The position numbers and the translations under genes are program-made. From Squalus acanthias (lineage: Eukaryota), in assembly GCA_030390025.1 (NCBI GenBank), contig CM059432.1:46688001-46752000 (forward strand): a stretch of 64,000 nucleotides of DNA, given 5' to 3'. Numbering within the stretch: position 1 is the first letter of the stretch; the number at the start of each line of letters is the position of its first letter. Positions 12,586-25,620 of the stretch are shown here, one piece after another. The notes beneath the pieces are model-generated. The model searched no databases. It was not told the origin of the DNA and worked only from the letters and a program-made list of their open reading frames with translations.

Positions 12586-13375
12586 GGATAACATCAATGC
12601 TTGAGCTAACAAGTGGAAACATTCATGCAACATAAGTGTTAGGTAATGACCATCTCAAAGAAAAGAAAGACCAGCCATCTCCCCTTAACCTTCAAAGGTG
12701 TCACCATCACTGATTGCCGCATCATGAACATCTTGAGGGCTATCATTGACCAGAAGCTGAACTGGATCAGCCATCTCAACACCATGGCTACAAGAGCAGA
12801 ACAGAGACTGGGTACTCTGCAATGAATAGCTAACCCCCTGATACTTCAATGCCTCTCCACTATCCATAGGCTAAAGTCAATATTCTTCACTGGCCTGGAT
12901 GGGGGCAGCCGCAACAACACTCATGAAGCTTGACACCACCCAGGACAGAGCAGTTTGTTTGCTTGGTGCCCCTGCCATTGAATTCAATATCCATATCCTC
13001 CATTACCGATGTACTATGGCTGCAGTATGCACCATCCACAGGATACACTGCAGCAACTCGCCAATGTTACTTCAACAGCACTTCCTTCCCCTGCGATCCC
13101 TACAACCAAGAAGGACGAGAATCGCAATGTCATGGGAACACCATCACCTCCAAGTCACACATTATTCTGACTTGGACATAGATCACTGTTCCTTCATCAT
13201 CATTGGGTCAGTATCCTGGAATCCCCTATTTAACGCCATTGTGGGATCACCATCACCACAAGGACTGCAGCGGTTCAAAGAGAAGTTTCACCACTACCTT
13301 GTGATGGTAACTATGGCTGAGCATTAATGCAGCCTTGCTAGCATCGCCCACATTACAAGAGTAAATAAACAAAAG
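12586..13375 (+). mobile_element. Old 3' fragment of the CR1/L2-group APE-RT LINE family
   Basis: IDQKLNWISH, KLDTTQD and QGLQRFKEK motifs; homologous to 22265-23545 and 61316-62690. Confidence 0.8.
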
Positions 13376-13654
13376 TGAAATAAGTGGATCTCAAGCAAGG
13401 ATTGTGCTCAGCTCTGATGCTCCCCATGATTGAATAGCCTATCAGCACTTACTATTCAGGTTTACAAATGAAGAATGATCACTTGGGCAAGATATCTGTG
13501 GAAAAATACTCCATCATGAGCCCATGCCTTCAGGAGGAGAGAGAAAAGAAGGGTAAAAACTGAAAAACTAATTTATTTTATATAGCTTTAAAATGTTTCT
13601 TCTAATCCTATTACACTCCAATTAAGGTAGGAGCATATCTAGCTTATCTATACT

Positions 13655-14410
13655 GGCCCAGAAATTCGCCTCTCCGGCTTGCCGCGGGGGTAAGGATCGC
13701 GCGCGCTCTTACCTGCCGTTGTGTTTTGGGCCCACGGGAACTTCGGGTCCTGGGCATCTCCCAACTGCCAGCGCGCAGTGCTTGCGTGTTCCAGGGGCAC
13801 AGTTAGTGCGATGCGTCCCCTGGGATCACGTGGGCCATGGAGAGCCAATGGCAGCAGACCATCTTTCATTCATAGATTTGACAGGAGACCTGTCAAATCT
13901 GTGAATTGAAATCAGCCCCAAAAGAACAGCTAAACTTAAAATATTTTTTTTTAAAAACCCATCACATTTATAAAATAACTATAGTTAAATAAATTAACCA
14001 CTTAAAAGAAAAATTTTAATTTTTGAAAAAATTAAAATACTTTTTAAAAGTGATAAAAATAAACTTACCTTTCTTTAAAGTATCTAAAAAAGATAAACCT
14101 GTTGAAATTTTTTTTAAATTATACTTAATTAACTACTTACCTTGTTGAAAACGGGTCTTGCGCCTCCTTTTTAACAGAGTAGTATCTTCAATACTTACCC
14201 TCGCGTAGAAACCTGAAAAAAAATCTAAGTGTGCTGCGTGCGCGCAGCCTGTACCGCGCACGCGGTTCACCTAGGAACCGCCCCCTTCACCATACCGGAA
14301 GTTCCAGTTTCCCGCGCATGCGCAGTGCATGCAGGAAACCGGCACTTCGGGACGTCTTACGGGTGAGTACACACTGTGTACTCACGCGGGAAGGGCCGGA
14401 TTTTTGGCCC
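13655..14410. mobile_element. Harbinger-type MITE family B, copy 1
   Basis: Termini GGCCCAGAAATT...ATTTTTGGCCC, flanks act/aat; GC-rich ends and AT-rich core; four copies in the window. Confidence 0.85.
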
Positions 14411-14569
14411 AATATGTTAACAATCTTACATCTGCATGCACTTTCAACTTTTTCCATTAAAAATTGTTATGTCCATGTCTAGAATGGAAATTGCCTATGT
14501 AAACTTTTCATTCTCTACCTACAGTCTCCTACAAGTGGAAGCATTCAAAATTTTGAGGGATATGGAAAA

Positions 14570-14880
14570 ATAATTTCTATGAGTCAGCGAGTCAGCAACT
14601 AGACGGCATGAATTTAAAATGTTCACCTGTAAAATGAAGGGTAGGGTTAGGAGAATTTTTTTTTTTACACAGAAGGTTGTTAGAATGTGGAATGGAGGAA
14701 TACAGAAACAATGGTGGAAGCAGAATCCAAAATAGCTTTTAAAAGGGAAGTGGATAAATATTAGAAAAATAATAATTTAAAGGGGCAGGGGAATTAAACC
14801 AAGTGTATAGCTCTTTCAGTGAGCTGGCACAGGTGTGTTGGGCTGAATTGCCTCCTTATGTGCTGTGAAATTCCATGATT
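14570..14880 (+). mobile_element. Old CR1 3'-end fragment
   Basis: FFFTQKVVRMWN..AFKREVDKY motif and tail gggctgaattgcctccttatgtgctgtg. Confidence 0.7.
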
Positions 14881-15387
14881 CTGCTTCCTGTTATCACAAT
14901 TTTTTTGTAACACTTTTTACGCCAACGTTTATAATGGAAAAACCTATGTCAAAACTTTATGATGGTCAAGTCCTATTTTCCTGTTACACTGTTGTGACAG
15001 GTCTCCTGCTCTGCCTTCCTGTCCTGTCACTCATCTCCTCCACTGCAAGACTCTGCTTTCCCTTCTGCTGTACTACCTCTCGGCTACTTCTGCTCTTATC
15101 TCTTCCTGGGTTCATTTCTCAGCCGTTTTAGGCCTGCCCTTGAATCTAACTCCGCCTGAGCTTTCTTTACAATTCCCAGGAGGTCGCTCTTCCCTCATGC
15201 TTTCTGAACTGCCCACCTCATGCTTTCTGACCTGCCCACCTCATTCTTGATGCTTCCCTCATGCACACCCTGCCATCTGCCAACTTGGATTTGCCTTAGA
15301 TGTGTTAACCCCATCTTCCAGCTGCTGTGGCCTCCTAATTTGTCACCTGCCATCGCTTCCCAGTCCGGGCCATCCCACAGTACCATC

Positions 15388-15560
15388 CACAGGCCTCAGT
15401 TTAACATCTCATCAGAAAGATGGCACTCAAGACAATACAGCACGCTCTCAGTATTTCAATCAAGTACTAGCCTAGATTATGTGCTGTAACCACGGAACTC
15501 AGCTTGAACCATCAACCTTCTGACTCAGAAATAAGAGTGCGGCCAACTGAGAAAAGGTGA
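15388..15560 (-). mobile_element. tRNA-derived SINE 5' part (DeuSINE/SacSINE-like)
   Basis: Homologous to the head region of 57628-58096; B-box GGTTCAAG on the minus strand. Confidence 0.7.
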
Positions 15561-15689
15561 TGCTTAGATTTATTCAGGTTTTGTTAAAAAGGAAGATATT
15601 TGATGAGATGGAAAAATGTGAACATCTCTATTCTCCCAAGAAACATATACAAGCACTGAATTTAAATTAACTTTATTATAAACCTTAAA

Positions 15690-16538
15690 CACGGTGTCCT
15701 TGAGGGCCACTGGCAGCACCGTCGTCACCCTGCTCTAAAACTACAGGTCTGGTTCCTTGAGATGGCAGAGTTCAGTGACCACCTCTTGGTGAAGTGAAGC
15801 CTCTGAATACACTGCTCCTAGCTTAAGTGCAGGTAAGAGAAGTGCTCTCGGAAGACCCATCCAGGCCAGTGAAGAATTTTGACTTGAGCCCTCCTGCCGA
15901 GAGATCTCCTGCCCCTTCTCCTCCTCCCTCTGCGAGCAGCTTGTCTTCTTTGCTGCCTCTGCTCCATCTCCCTGTCACGCTCCAGCGCGAGGGGGACTGC
16001 AAGTGTAGCTCCCATGACTGGGCGCAAGTGGTCTGAGCAGAACTCTTGAAATCAGAATCAAGGTCTTCTCCACTTGTAGCACCACTCCCTGTCACCTCAC
16101 CAACTTTAATTAACTGTAGAAAGCTCCAAACAGTTGCGCAAATTTACTCAGAGCCAGTAGAAATCAAAAAGCAAGTTGTTGATGATCCCTTTAAATACAG
16201 CTGGTGGGGGGTCCCTCGTGTGTTCGTGTTTCGAAGAGGGCGTTGAATGGAGCGGCGACGTCCAAAATGGCAGGTCGTGCGTCAAATCAGCATTGCACAC
16301 TGATTGACATCACAACCTGACTGATTAGTATTGTTCTGGTGAACGCAGGCAATGGGCGCGCTGCTGATTTGCCCAAAATGTCAGCCGCCACAGGCCACGC
16401 CGGAAGTGGGCGGAAGCGAGGCAGCTGCCATTTTTATGTCAAAACCGGCCTTAACAGCTGGCACTAAGGTGCCAAATTTCACGGCCCAGGTCTCCGCCCC
16501 TTTTGTGTATGACATGCATCTCTGCTGGGGGAGATGGC
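15690..16538 (-). repeat. Inverted duplicate of 16867-17725 (Harbinger left end plus ~50 bp of flank)
   Basis: Near-identical reverse complement; mirrored ORFs 15818-16027(-) and 17389-17598(+). Confidence 0.95.
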
Positions 16539-17400
16539 CTTAGTTTCAACATTTAAATATTTTTAGTTTCAAAATTTTAACATTGAAAAACAGTTTAAAT
16601 GGTTTTAAAAAGTGTCAGTATAGTCCATAAAACAAGGAAAAGTCTCCCGATGAAGTTACGATGGTGGAGCAGGAGCAGTTCTGAGGAAATTTGGTACTTA
16701 ATTATGTAAGCCCTTCATCTGGATCTGTCTGCTAATTCTGTGATGGTGGTGTGGGCCAGCTTAATGGTTGGAAAAGATGTGGAAGGTGTAATGATGTCAC
16801 CTCAGCATCATTACATTATAATGAAACTTTCCCCTTGTTTCAGATGGGAGCTTCCTGTGCATTCCCGCCACCTCCCCCACCAGAGATACATGTCATACAC
16901 AAAAGGGGCGGAGACCTGGGCCGTGAAATTTGGCACCTTAGTGCCAGCTGTTAAGGCCGGTTTTGACATAAAAATGGCAGCTGCCTCGCTTCCGCCCACT
17001 TCCAGCGTGGCCTGTGGCGGTTGCCATTTTGGGCAAATCAGCAGCGCGCCCATTGCCTGCATTCACCAGAACAATACTAATCAGTCAGGTTGTGACGTCA
17101 ATCAGTGTGCAATGCTGATTTGACGCACGACCTGCCATTTTGGACGTCGCCGCCCCATTCAACGCCCTCTTCGAAACACGAACACACGAGGGACCCCCCA
17201 CCAGCTGTACTTAAAGGGATCATCAACAACATGAAGTTGACTTGCTTTTTGATTTCTACTGGCTCTGAGTAAATTTGCGCAACTGTTTGGAGCTTTCTAC
17301 AATTAATTAAAGTTGGTGAGGTGACAGGGAGTGGTGCTACAAGTGGAGAAGACCTTGGTTCTGATTTCAAGAGTTCTGCTCAGACCACTTGCGCCCAGTC

Positions 17401-18830
17401 ATGGGAGCTCTACTTGCAGTCCCCCTCGCGCTGGAGCGTGACAGGGAGATGGAGCAGAGGCAGCAAAGAAGACAAGCTGCTCGCAGAGGGAGGAGGAGAA
17501 GGGGCAGGAGGTCTCTCAGCAGGAGGGCTCAAGTCAAAATTCTTCACTGGCCTGGATGGGTCTTCCGAGAGCACTTCTCCTACCTGCACTTAATCTAGGA
17601 GCAGTGTATTCAGAGGCTCCGCTTCACCAAGAGGTGGTCACTGAACTCTGCCATCTCAAGGAACCAGACCTGCAGTTTTAGAGCAGGGTGACGACGGCGC
17701 TGCCAGTGGCCCTCAAGGACACCGTGGCCCTCAATTTTTTTTGAGCGTGATCCTTCCAGTCTGGACCAGGAGACATAGCTAACATCTCGCAGTTCGCCTT
17801 CCATCACTACATCCAGGAGGTCACAGAGTCTCTGTACTCCAGGAGAAGGGACTTCATTGCTTTCTTAACAGAGAGAAGCAGGAGGAGTACGCACATGGCT
17901 TTGCCAGGATATCGGGCTTCCCCATGGAGCAGGACATAATCGACTGCACACACGTGGCTTTGCGGGCACCGCATATCAATCCAGAGACATACCGCAACTG
18001 CAAAGGCTACCACTCACTTATTGTGCAGTGGGTGTGTGATCACGCCCAGAATATCATGATGGTGAATGTCCAGTATCCTGGCGGCAGTCATGATGCCTTC
18101 ATCCTGTGCAACTCCAGTGTGCCAGCAACCTTCCAGCCAACACGTTGAACCCGAGGGTGGCTGCTCGGCGACACGGGCTATCCACTCTACACCTGGCTAA
18201 CGACAGCCCACCACAAACCCACCATTCGAGGCCAGTACAGGAATCCCGCCCCAACCACGGTTTTGCCATACGCGGATTTCAAGTATACATGGTTTCCTCT
18301 CTGCGACAACTTTTGCCAACCGTGGCAGTGAATTCTGCGTATACGCAGTTTTTAATTTAGGATTAAGGTAAATAACATGATTTTATTGCTTTTATATTCG
18401 TTTTTATTGTGTTATTTGAACATTTATACTGTATTTGCCAACCGCGGTTTTACTAACCACGGGGGTTTTCAGGGACGTATCCCCCGCAGGTTGGGGAGGG
18501 ATTACTGTACTCATATAATGACAGCCATGCTGCCACGAGTAACCTCATCAAGCAGACCATTGGAGTGCTCAAGCAACGGTTCTGCTGCCTTAACCACTTG
18601 GCAGGAGCCCTCCATTACACGCTGGAGCAGATGTCCCATTTTGTGGTGGTCTGCTGATTCTTCCACAACTTGGCCATCATGAGGGTACATCCCTTGCCAC
18701 CACGGGTTCCGCGGCCACCTCAGGAGGAGTAAGAGGAGGTGGAAGAGGAGGAAGGGAGGGGGCAGGCAGCAGATTTCCATTCCGGACAGGCTGCCTGTGA
18801 GTGCCTTATCAGAATTCGGTTCCCCTGAAT
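17401..18830 (+). pseudogene. Harbinger DDE transposase (HARBI1-like), disrupted
   Basis: VFREHFSYLHL, GFPMEQDIIDCTHVALRAP, YRNCKGYHSLIVQWVCD, YPGGSHDAFIL, WLLGDTGYPL, QTIGVLKQRFCCL; stops, frameshifts and a MITE insertion. Confidence 0.9.
18238..18507. mobile_element. Tc1/mariner (Tigger-like) MITE inside the Harbinger transposase
   Basis: 19-bp TIRs caggaatcccgccccaacc / ggttggggagggattactg (2 mismatches); TA TSD at 18236-37 and 18508-09. Confidence 0.85.
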
Positions 18831-18997
18831 GAAACCCCAGATCCCCGTTGCTCACCACTTCCCCACCTTACCATCCCTCTGTCAAAGAACATTATAGCCT
18901 CCTCTTGGGCACAAAGCTGAAATGAGAGCCAGCATAAAACAAACATTACAAACATAATTTATAAATTAATCAATCCAAAACTACATTACTAAGTCAA

Positions 18998-20757
18998 CTA
19001 ATCACCCTTGTGCAGTCCCTTCATGTCAATCTTTTGTGATCCTTTGCCTATCCTAGTGATTCTACGCAGTGCTACCCCAGTGGCTGCAGCATGGCTAGTG
19101 GAAGGCTGTTGACTTTCTGTGGGCGAGACTGCAGATGGCCTTGCAGGACAACCTCGAGCAGCTCTGAGCCTAGAAGGCCCGTCTGTAGACTGCACCACCT
19201 TGGATGGGCGACAGCGGTCTGGGCTGGCTGGCTGACAGGCAGCAGCGAGGGAACTGGCAGAGTGGCAGTGGTGGGAGGATGAATGCTGACATCCTGAAAG
19301 AGGACAGCAGGTTCTTGCTCCACGGAGCCACTGTCGCTCCCCCGGAGTGGCACTTCAGCATTCCTAGCCATCTGTTGGAGCCCAGATTGCTGGACTGCTG
19401 TGAGACCCTGCAAACCCCTCTCCACACTTGTAAACCCAGCCACAATGGCATCAGTCTGAGCTTGCTTGGCAGCAAGCTGAGCCTGCATGAGAGTAGTCTG
19501 AGCTTGCATGGCAGCACTCAGACATTGAGTCGCCTCCGCTTGGGCTGCACTGGAAGCTGCGACATCGCCCATCACACCCAGCATCATGATTGGGTCCACA
19601 AGTGTTCTAATCAGTTGCCCATCACTTCAGTCTTGGAAATCATGGGCTCCAAGCTCTGCGCAAAGCCCCGTACAATTTAGGAGCCGGACTCCTCCATGCT
19701 CCTTGACACTGACAAGATGCTCTCTGGCAAACCTGCCATTGCACCAAACGTTTCTGTGTGCATGCCCATCACCCCTCTACAGAAGGCTACCCCATCAAAG
19801 TCATTATCTGAATCCTGTGCAACAGAACTCGTGCACGAACTCACCCTCCGAGGAGCTGGCACTCGAGCTAGCCTTTCTCCCTGGCCTGGCTGCAGCCCAC
19901 TCGTGCCTGGTGACACACCACGTGCAGATCCTGCCTCTATAATAACCTCTAAAGTGCACACAGTACCATTTTCTGAGCTGGTACCTGGAAATGTCAGATC
20001 GAGCGACAGTGCCTCTTTGTCTCCTTCACTCTCCTCCTCTAATAGGTCAGGGTCAGGTTGGGCTGCTGGCAGTTCTTGGGTATCTGAAAGGAGAACGGCA
20101 CAAGGGTCGGGATGTGGTGAGGGGAGCGGGGAAAGCAGGATGTGCATTCTGACACCATCAGCAGCTTGTAAGTGAGAAGAAATTGTACCGTGAGGGGGAA
20201 GTGGGATGTGAGAAGAAGGATTAGGCATGAACATACCATTATCAGCAATGCTTTCAACCTCACCGCTCGCCACGGCCTCAGTGACAGCCCCTCCAATTAT
20301 CTGCAGTACCGTCTCCTCCAGCGCAGTGAGGTTTTGAAGATGTGTTTCCCCTCCTCCAGTCAGCTGCTGCTCACGTCTGTTATGCACCACCTTGGCCTGC
20401 AAGAGAAAGAGAAGTGTGTCAGGGAGTGTGGTGCTATGTGTTTGGGTGATGTGCCTGTCATGGTTGAATAGCTGGCAGTGTGAGCAAGGTGTGAGATGTG
20501 GATGTGAGGTTTGAAGCAGTGGTAAGTGTGTGAGGGTGAGGTGAAGCTATGATTGTGAGGTTCCAGGTCCTGGGGCCAACAGACGTGGGACTGACGGCTT
20601 CTGCTGTTTCCTCCCACTGCCTTCTGGCGTGCTGCCTGGAAGGCCTCCCGCCCCCCTGCGGGTAGAGGGCCTGTCTTCTTTTGTGCACCCCAGGACCAAG
20701 GCCTCCAGTGCTGCATCAGGGAATCTCCTTGCCCTTTCTCTTCCATGTTGAGCCATG
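18998..20757 (-). pseudogene. Harbinger Myb/SANT-like DNA-binding protein gene, 3 exons, disrupted
   Basis: Exon 1 MAQHGRERARRFPDAALEALV; exon 2 20396-20237 AKVVHNRREQQLTGGG..LTALEE with AG/GT borders; exon 3 starts at 20083. Confidence 0.8.
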
Positions 20758-21159
20758 GCTGCATGCAGAGTGGCAATGAGGTGGTTCTGCAACAAAGCAC
20801 CTCCCCTTTAACAAGGGCAAGGAACCTAGGCAAAATTTTTATTGGCCAGTAGACTGCACTCGATATTGTCCCCCCTCTTGAGCGCTGAGCCAATCAGCAG
20901 CGCGTTTAGCGCTGAGATCAGCGCTTCAATCATTATAATGAGCAGGCAGCACCACTTTGAACAGGTGTGGTCGGATCGCACTTCAGGCTCTCTGCGCCTG
21001 TTTCTGGGCCCAATCCAATTTCACCTGCCTGGCATTTTTCCAGTGCATTATGCCCATGAACTGGTGTACACAGGGTGCAACGGGCACAAAAGGATTGCAT
21101 AATGTGCTACAAAAACTGAAAGACACGAGCAGATCATGCAGCAACTGTTGAGGAAAATT

Positions 21160-21295
21160 TGAGACACTGATGATTCAGGTCCTTCCTCAGAACTAACTCA
21201 CGTGTTCTCGATGGATGCTGCCTGACCTGCTGAGTGTCTCCAGCGGTTTCTGTTTTTGTTTCAGATTTCCAGAATCTGCAGTATTTTTCTTCTTT
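21160..21295. mobile_element. Fragment of a second Penelope-like short repeat family
   Basis: gatgctgcctgacctgctgag...tttctgtttttgtttcagatttccag; the same family forms an inverted pair at 27238-27376. Confidence 0.55.
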
Positions 21296-22264
21296 TTTTG
21301 ATCCTGCATAATCTGGACTTGCTGCTCCATCAAGTTTTTTATTCACCTCATGCAATATTTGCATCATTTCATTAGACTATGATGTAGTCATTTTAAAAAT
21401 CCTCATTGATTGTTCATTGCATATGAAAAGCTACGAATGGGGTTATCTTCAACTTGTTGAATTTGTGCTGTTATCTAAGAATAATGCACTGGGGCTGAGA
21501 TAACGATGTCAGAAATTTAGGTATCGAAGTAAAAACAGAGTTGTGCAATTTAAAACATAAGGAAGAAAGAACTGTAGCATCTAAACTCCATTTCTAAATT
21601 AACGACTTGTGTTGAAATGAAGTGATATCAAGGGAAACCCTTGAAGCCTTGTCAACAGTGCAGATCAATTGTGTAGTTGTAGGTTGTTTTGTCTGATGTA
21701 ATTTGCAATGGAAACATTCAAAGACTAGTTCCATATCTTGGTTTGTTTTACACATCTGCCAATTCTTTTTCCCTTGGCAAGTACATGTAAATTTTAATCT
21801 CTTTGATCGTTGCATTTCAATTTTGTAGGAACTCAGGAACTGCAACAGTGAGTCTGAGGAAGATATAGAGCTGACAAGCCATTTAACACAAAACAAAGAC
21901 ACAAGAGCTGTTTAAGATGAAATGTTGCTGCAGTTACCAGCACTCCACAATAACCTTAAACCACTTTTACACCTGCTAGGATCCCGGAGGAGCAATGCTC
22001 AAACAGAAAGCTGCAGTCTCTGAGTCACTTTCCCTTGTTTATTTCTTTTATTGCCACTGCTCCTAGGGCAACCTTTTGAAAGCTAGAGACCCATAATTTC
22101 CACCTTTCCGTTGAACAGAGACCCAACGGCAGCTTGTAACATCAAAGGAAAGTGTGCCTTCACGGCTATTGGAACAATAAAGGTCAGGGCATTTATATTT
22201 ATATTGATATAACTGCACCCCATGGCAGGAGAACAATATTGGCTAAAAATTCGAGTGCGACTGG

Positions 22265-23545
22265 CTTCTGTGATGCAGGTCCCCACCATAACAGAAGCCA
22301 GTCTTCAGCCAATTCGATTCACTCAATGTGATATTAAGAAACAGCTGAGCGCAGTGGATACAGCAAAGGCTATGGGCCCCGACAACATCCCGGCTATCAT
22401 GCTGAAGACTTGTGCTCCAGAACTAGCTGCGCCTCTAGCCAAGCTATTCCAGTACAGCTACAACACTGGCATCTGTCCGCCAATGTCGAAAACTGCCCAG
22501 GTATGTCTTGTCCACAAAAAGCAGGACAAATTCAACCCGGCCAATTACCGCCCCATCAGTCTACTCTCAATCATCAGCAAAGCGATGGAAATGTCATCGA
22601 CAGTGCTATCAAGCGGCACTTACTCACCAATAACCTGCTCACTGATGCAAAGTTTGGGTTCCGCCAAGACTATTCGGCTCCCGTCCTCATTACAGCCTTG
22701 GTCCAAACATGGACAAAGGAGCTGAATTCCAGAGGTGAGGTGAGAGTGACTGCCCTGGACATCAAGGCAGCATTTGACCAAGTGTGGCATCAAGGAGCCC
22801 TCGTAAAACTGAAGTCAATCGGGGGGAAAACTCTTCACTGGCTGGAGTCAAACCCAGCACAAAGGAAGATGGTTGTGGTGGTTGAAGGTCAATCTTCACA
22901 GCACCAGGACTCACGGCAGGAGTTCCTCAGGGCAGTGGCCTAGGCCCAACCATCTTCAGCTGCTTCATCAATGACCTTCCTTCCAACATAAGGTCAGAAA
23001 TGGGGATGTTCGCTGATGACTGCACAGTGTTCAGTGCCATTCACAACTCCTCAGATAACAAAGCAATCCATGCCCGCATGCAACAAGACCTGGACGATGT
23101 TCAGGCTTGGGTTGAGAAGTGGCAGGTAGCATTCGCACCACAGAAGTGCCAGGCAATGACTATCTCCAACAAGCGAGAGTCTAACCACTGCCCCTTGACA
23201 TTCAACGGCATTACCATCGCCCCAGCCCCCACCATCAACATCCTGGGGGTCACCATTGACCAGAAACTTAACTGGACCAGCCACATAATATCTGTGGATA
23301 AAAGAGCAGGTCAGAGGCTAGGTATTCTGCGGCGAGTGTCTCACCTTCTGACTCCCCAAAGCCTTTCCACCATCTACAAGGCACAAGTAAGGAGTGTGAT
23401 GGAATACTCTCCACTTGCCTGGATGAGTGCAGCTCCAACAACACTCAAGAAGCTCGACACCATCCAGGACAAAGCAGCCCGCTTGATTGGCACCCAATCC
23501 ACCACCTTAAACGTTCACTCCCTCCACCACCGGCGTACCGTGGCT
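22265..23545 (+). mobile_element. CR1/L2-group non-LTR retrotransposon, RT region, frameshifted and 3'-incomplete
   Basis: KAMGPDNIP, NYRPISLLS, LDIKAAFDQVWH, FADDCT, MEYSPLAW. Confidence 0.9.
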
Positions 23546-23951
23546 CAATGTTTTAATATGCAAGACCGCCCTGGAAGTCTGACAATTTGTATTTTAGGGA
23601 TCAAGCATGTGTTAGGCATTAAATTCTACAGAAAAGATTTATTGTAATTATAAAGAAATACTGTGCCAATTTCTTATTTGCATCTTTCTTCAATAAAGAC
23701 TGATTTCTAATCATACCTATTGGCACAGACTCACAGGGTTCTGGTGAGTATAGATAATAGCTAAAAAAAACAGACATTTAAAATGTTACATTTGCTCCAC
23801 AGTTATAATGTTGATTATTTTTTATACATACCTATAAAGTGGAAAAACATGGGAGGCATTGCTGTAATTACTAATATTAGCAGAATGACGATATATTGTA
23901 ATAAAACTTGAACAAAGCACGACATATTGGAAATAACGTTTAGAACATAAT

Positions 23952-24705
23952 GGCCCAGAAATTAGGCTCCCTGGCTTCCCGCGGGTGCAAGGATCCCACG
24001 CGCACCTACCTACCGCGCCTGCCGTTGACCTCTGGGCCCACGGGGACTTCAGCTCCTGGGCCTCCCCCAACTGCCGGCGCGCAGTGCTTGTGTATCCCAG
24101 GGGCATAGTTAGTGCGATGCGTCCCCTGGGATCACGTGGGCCATGGAGAGCCAATGGCAGCAGACCATCTTTCATTCATAGAGACCTGTCAAATCTATGA
24201 ATTGAAATCGGCCCCAAAACAACACCTAAACTTCAAATAAATTTTTTAAAAATCCATCACATTTTTAAAATAACTATAAGTTAAATAAATTAACTACTTT
24301 AAACAAAAATTAAAATTTTTGACAAAAATAAAATACTTTTTAATAGTGCTAAAAATAAACTTACCTTTCTTTAAAGTATCTAAAAAAGATAAACCTGTTG
24401 AAATTTTTTTAAATTGTAATTAATTAACCACTTACCTTGTTGAAAACGTATCTTGCGCCTCCTTTTTAAAAGCGCAGCTTCTTCAATACTTACCCTCCCA
24501 GAGAAACCTGAAAAAAAACCTAAGTTCGCTGCATGCACGCAGCCTCTACCGCGCACGCGGTTCACCTCTGAACCGCTCCCTTCATGAGACCGGAAGTTCC
24601 GGTTTCCCGTGCATGTGCAGTGCATGCAGGAAACCGGAACTTCAGGGGGCCTTACGGGTGAGTACACAGCGCGTACTCACTCGGCAAGTGCCGAATTTTT
24701 GGCCC
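23952..24705. mobile_element. Harbinger-type MITE family B, copy 2
   Basis: GGCCCAGAAATT...AATTTTTGGCCC; TSD aat/aat. Confidence 0.9.
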
Positions 24706-25266
24706 AATAAATTAAAAAAATACACCATTTACAAAATATGATTAAATATAACTGTACAATGCCATTTTCTGTTTGAAATGGCTGTGATGATGCTTTCCAT
24801 CATTGGTCTGTACCTAAACAAGAAGCCTAAGTCTTGAATTCATGCAGGTGTCCAGACCCATCACAGTTAGTCAAATAGACTCACGCCAGGAAAGCTACAG
24901 CTCCCAGCAAGCACCTACACCTGACAACTTCTAGATTTGTTTTAGGATTGACAGCATGCCTGGCCATTCACAGAGAGTGCAGGGACTTGCTGTTTGTAAG
25001 CCCTGTGCCTCCTCCACTCTGGTGTATCAATGGAAAATTATTGAGAACAAAACCTCCTAGATATGCCATTATTATAAGCAGATGAGGTAACTTGAATTAA
25101 TTTATTTATATTCGTATAAAACATCAAAACAAGGTAAAGCATGGAGTTAACTTTAAAAATGGTGTATACTATATACTAGCTGAAATAATCCACAACGTGC
25201 TTTAAAATGCCAGTGTTCTGCCTTTCTCAACCCATCAAACAATGAAGGAAGATTTCAGCCAATTAC

Positions 25267-25620
25267 CATACAAGATGCACTGCAGCAACTCGCCAAGGCT
25301 TCTTCAGCAGCACTTCCCAAACCCGCGACCTCTTCCACCTAGAAGGACAAGGGCAGCAGGTGCATGGGAACACCACCACCTCCAAGTTCACTTCCAAGTC
25401 ATACACCATCCTGACTTAGAAGTAAATCGCCGTTCCTTCATCGTCGCTGGGTCAAAATCCTGGAACTCCCTCCCTAACAGCACTGTGGGAGTACCTTCAC
25501 CACATGGACTGCAGCGGTTCAAGAAGGCAGCTCATCACCACCTTCTCAAGGGCAATCAGGGATGGGCAATAAATGTTGGCCATGCCAGCGACGCCCACAT
25601 CCGATAAATGAATAAAACAA
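25267..25620 (+). mobile_element. 3' end of the CR1/L2-group LINE
   Basis: YKMHCSNSPRLL..HGLQRFKKAAHHHLLKG; tail gggcaataaatgttggcc...gaataaaa. Confidence 0.88.

Larger units (their letters stand above)
16918..21027 (+). mobile_element. Degenerate autonomous-type PIF/Harbinger transposon
   Basis: Left TIR GGGCCGTGAAATTTGG; probable right end ccaatttcacctg with a weak cct TSD; convergent transposase and Myb/SANT genes. Confidence 0.88.

Noticed and set aside
17401..18830. Domesticated HARBI1 host gene
   Set aside because: It has several stops and frameshifts and a MITE insertion, and it lies within a TIR-bounded two-gene element.
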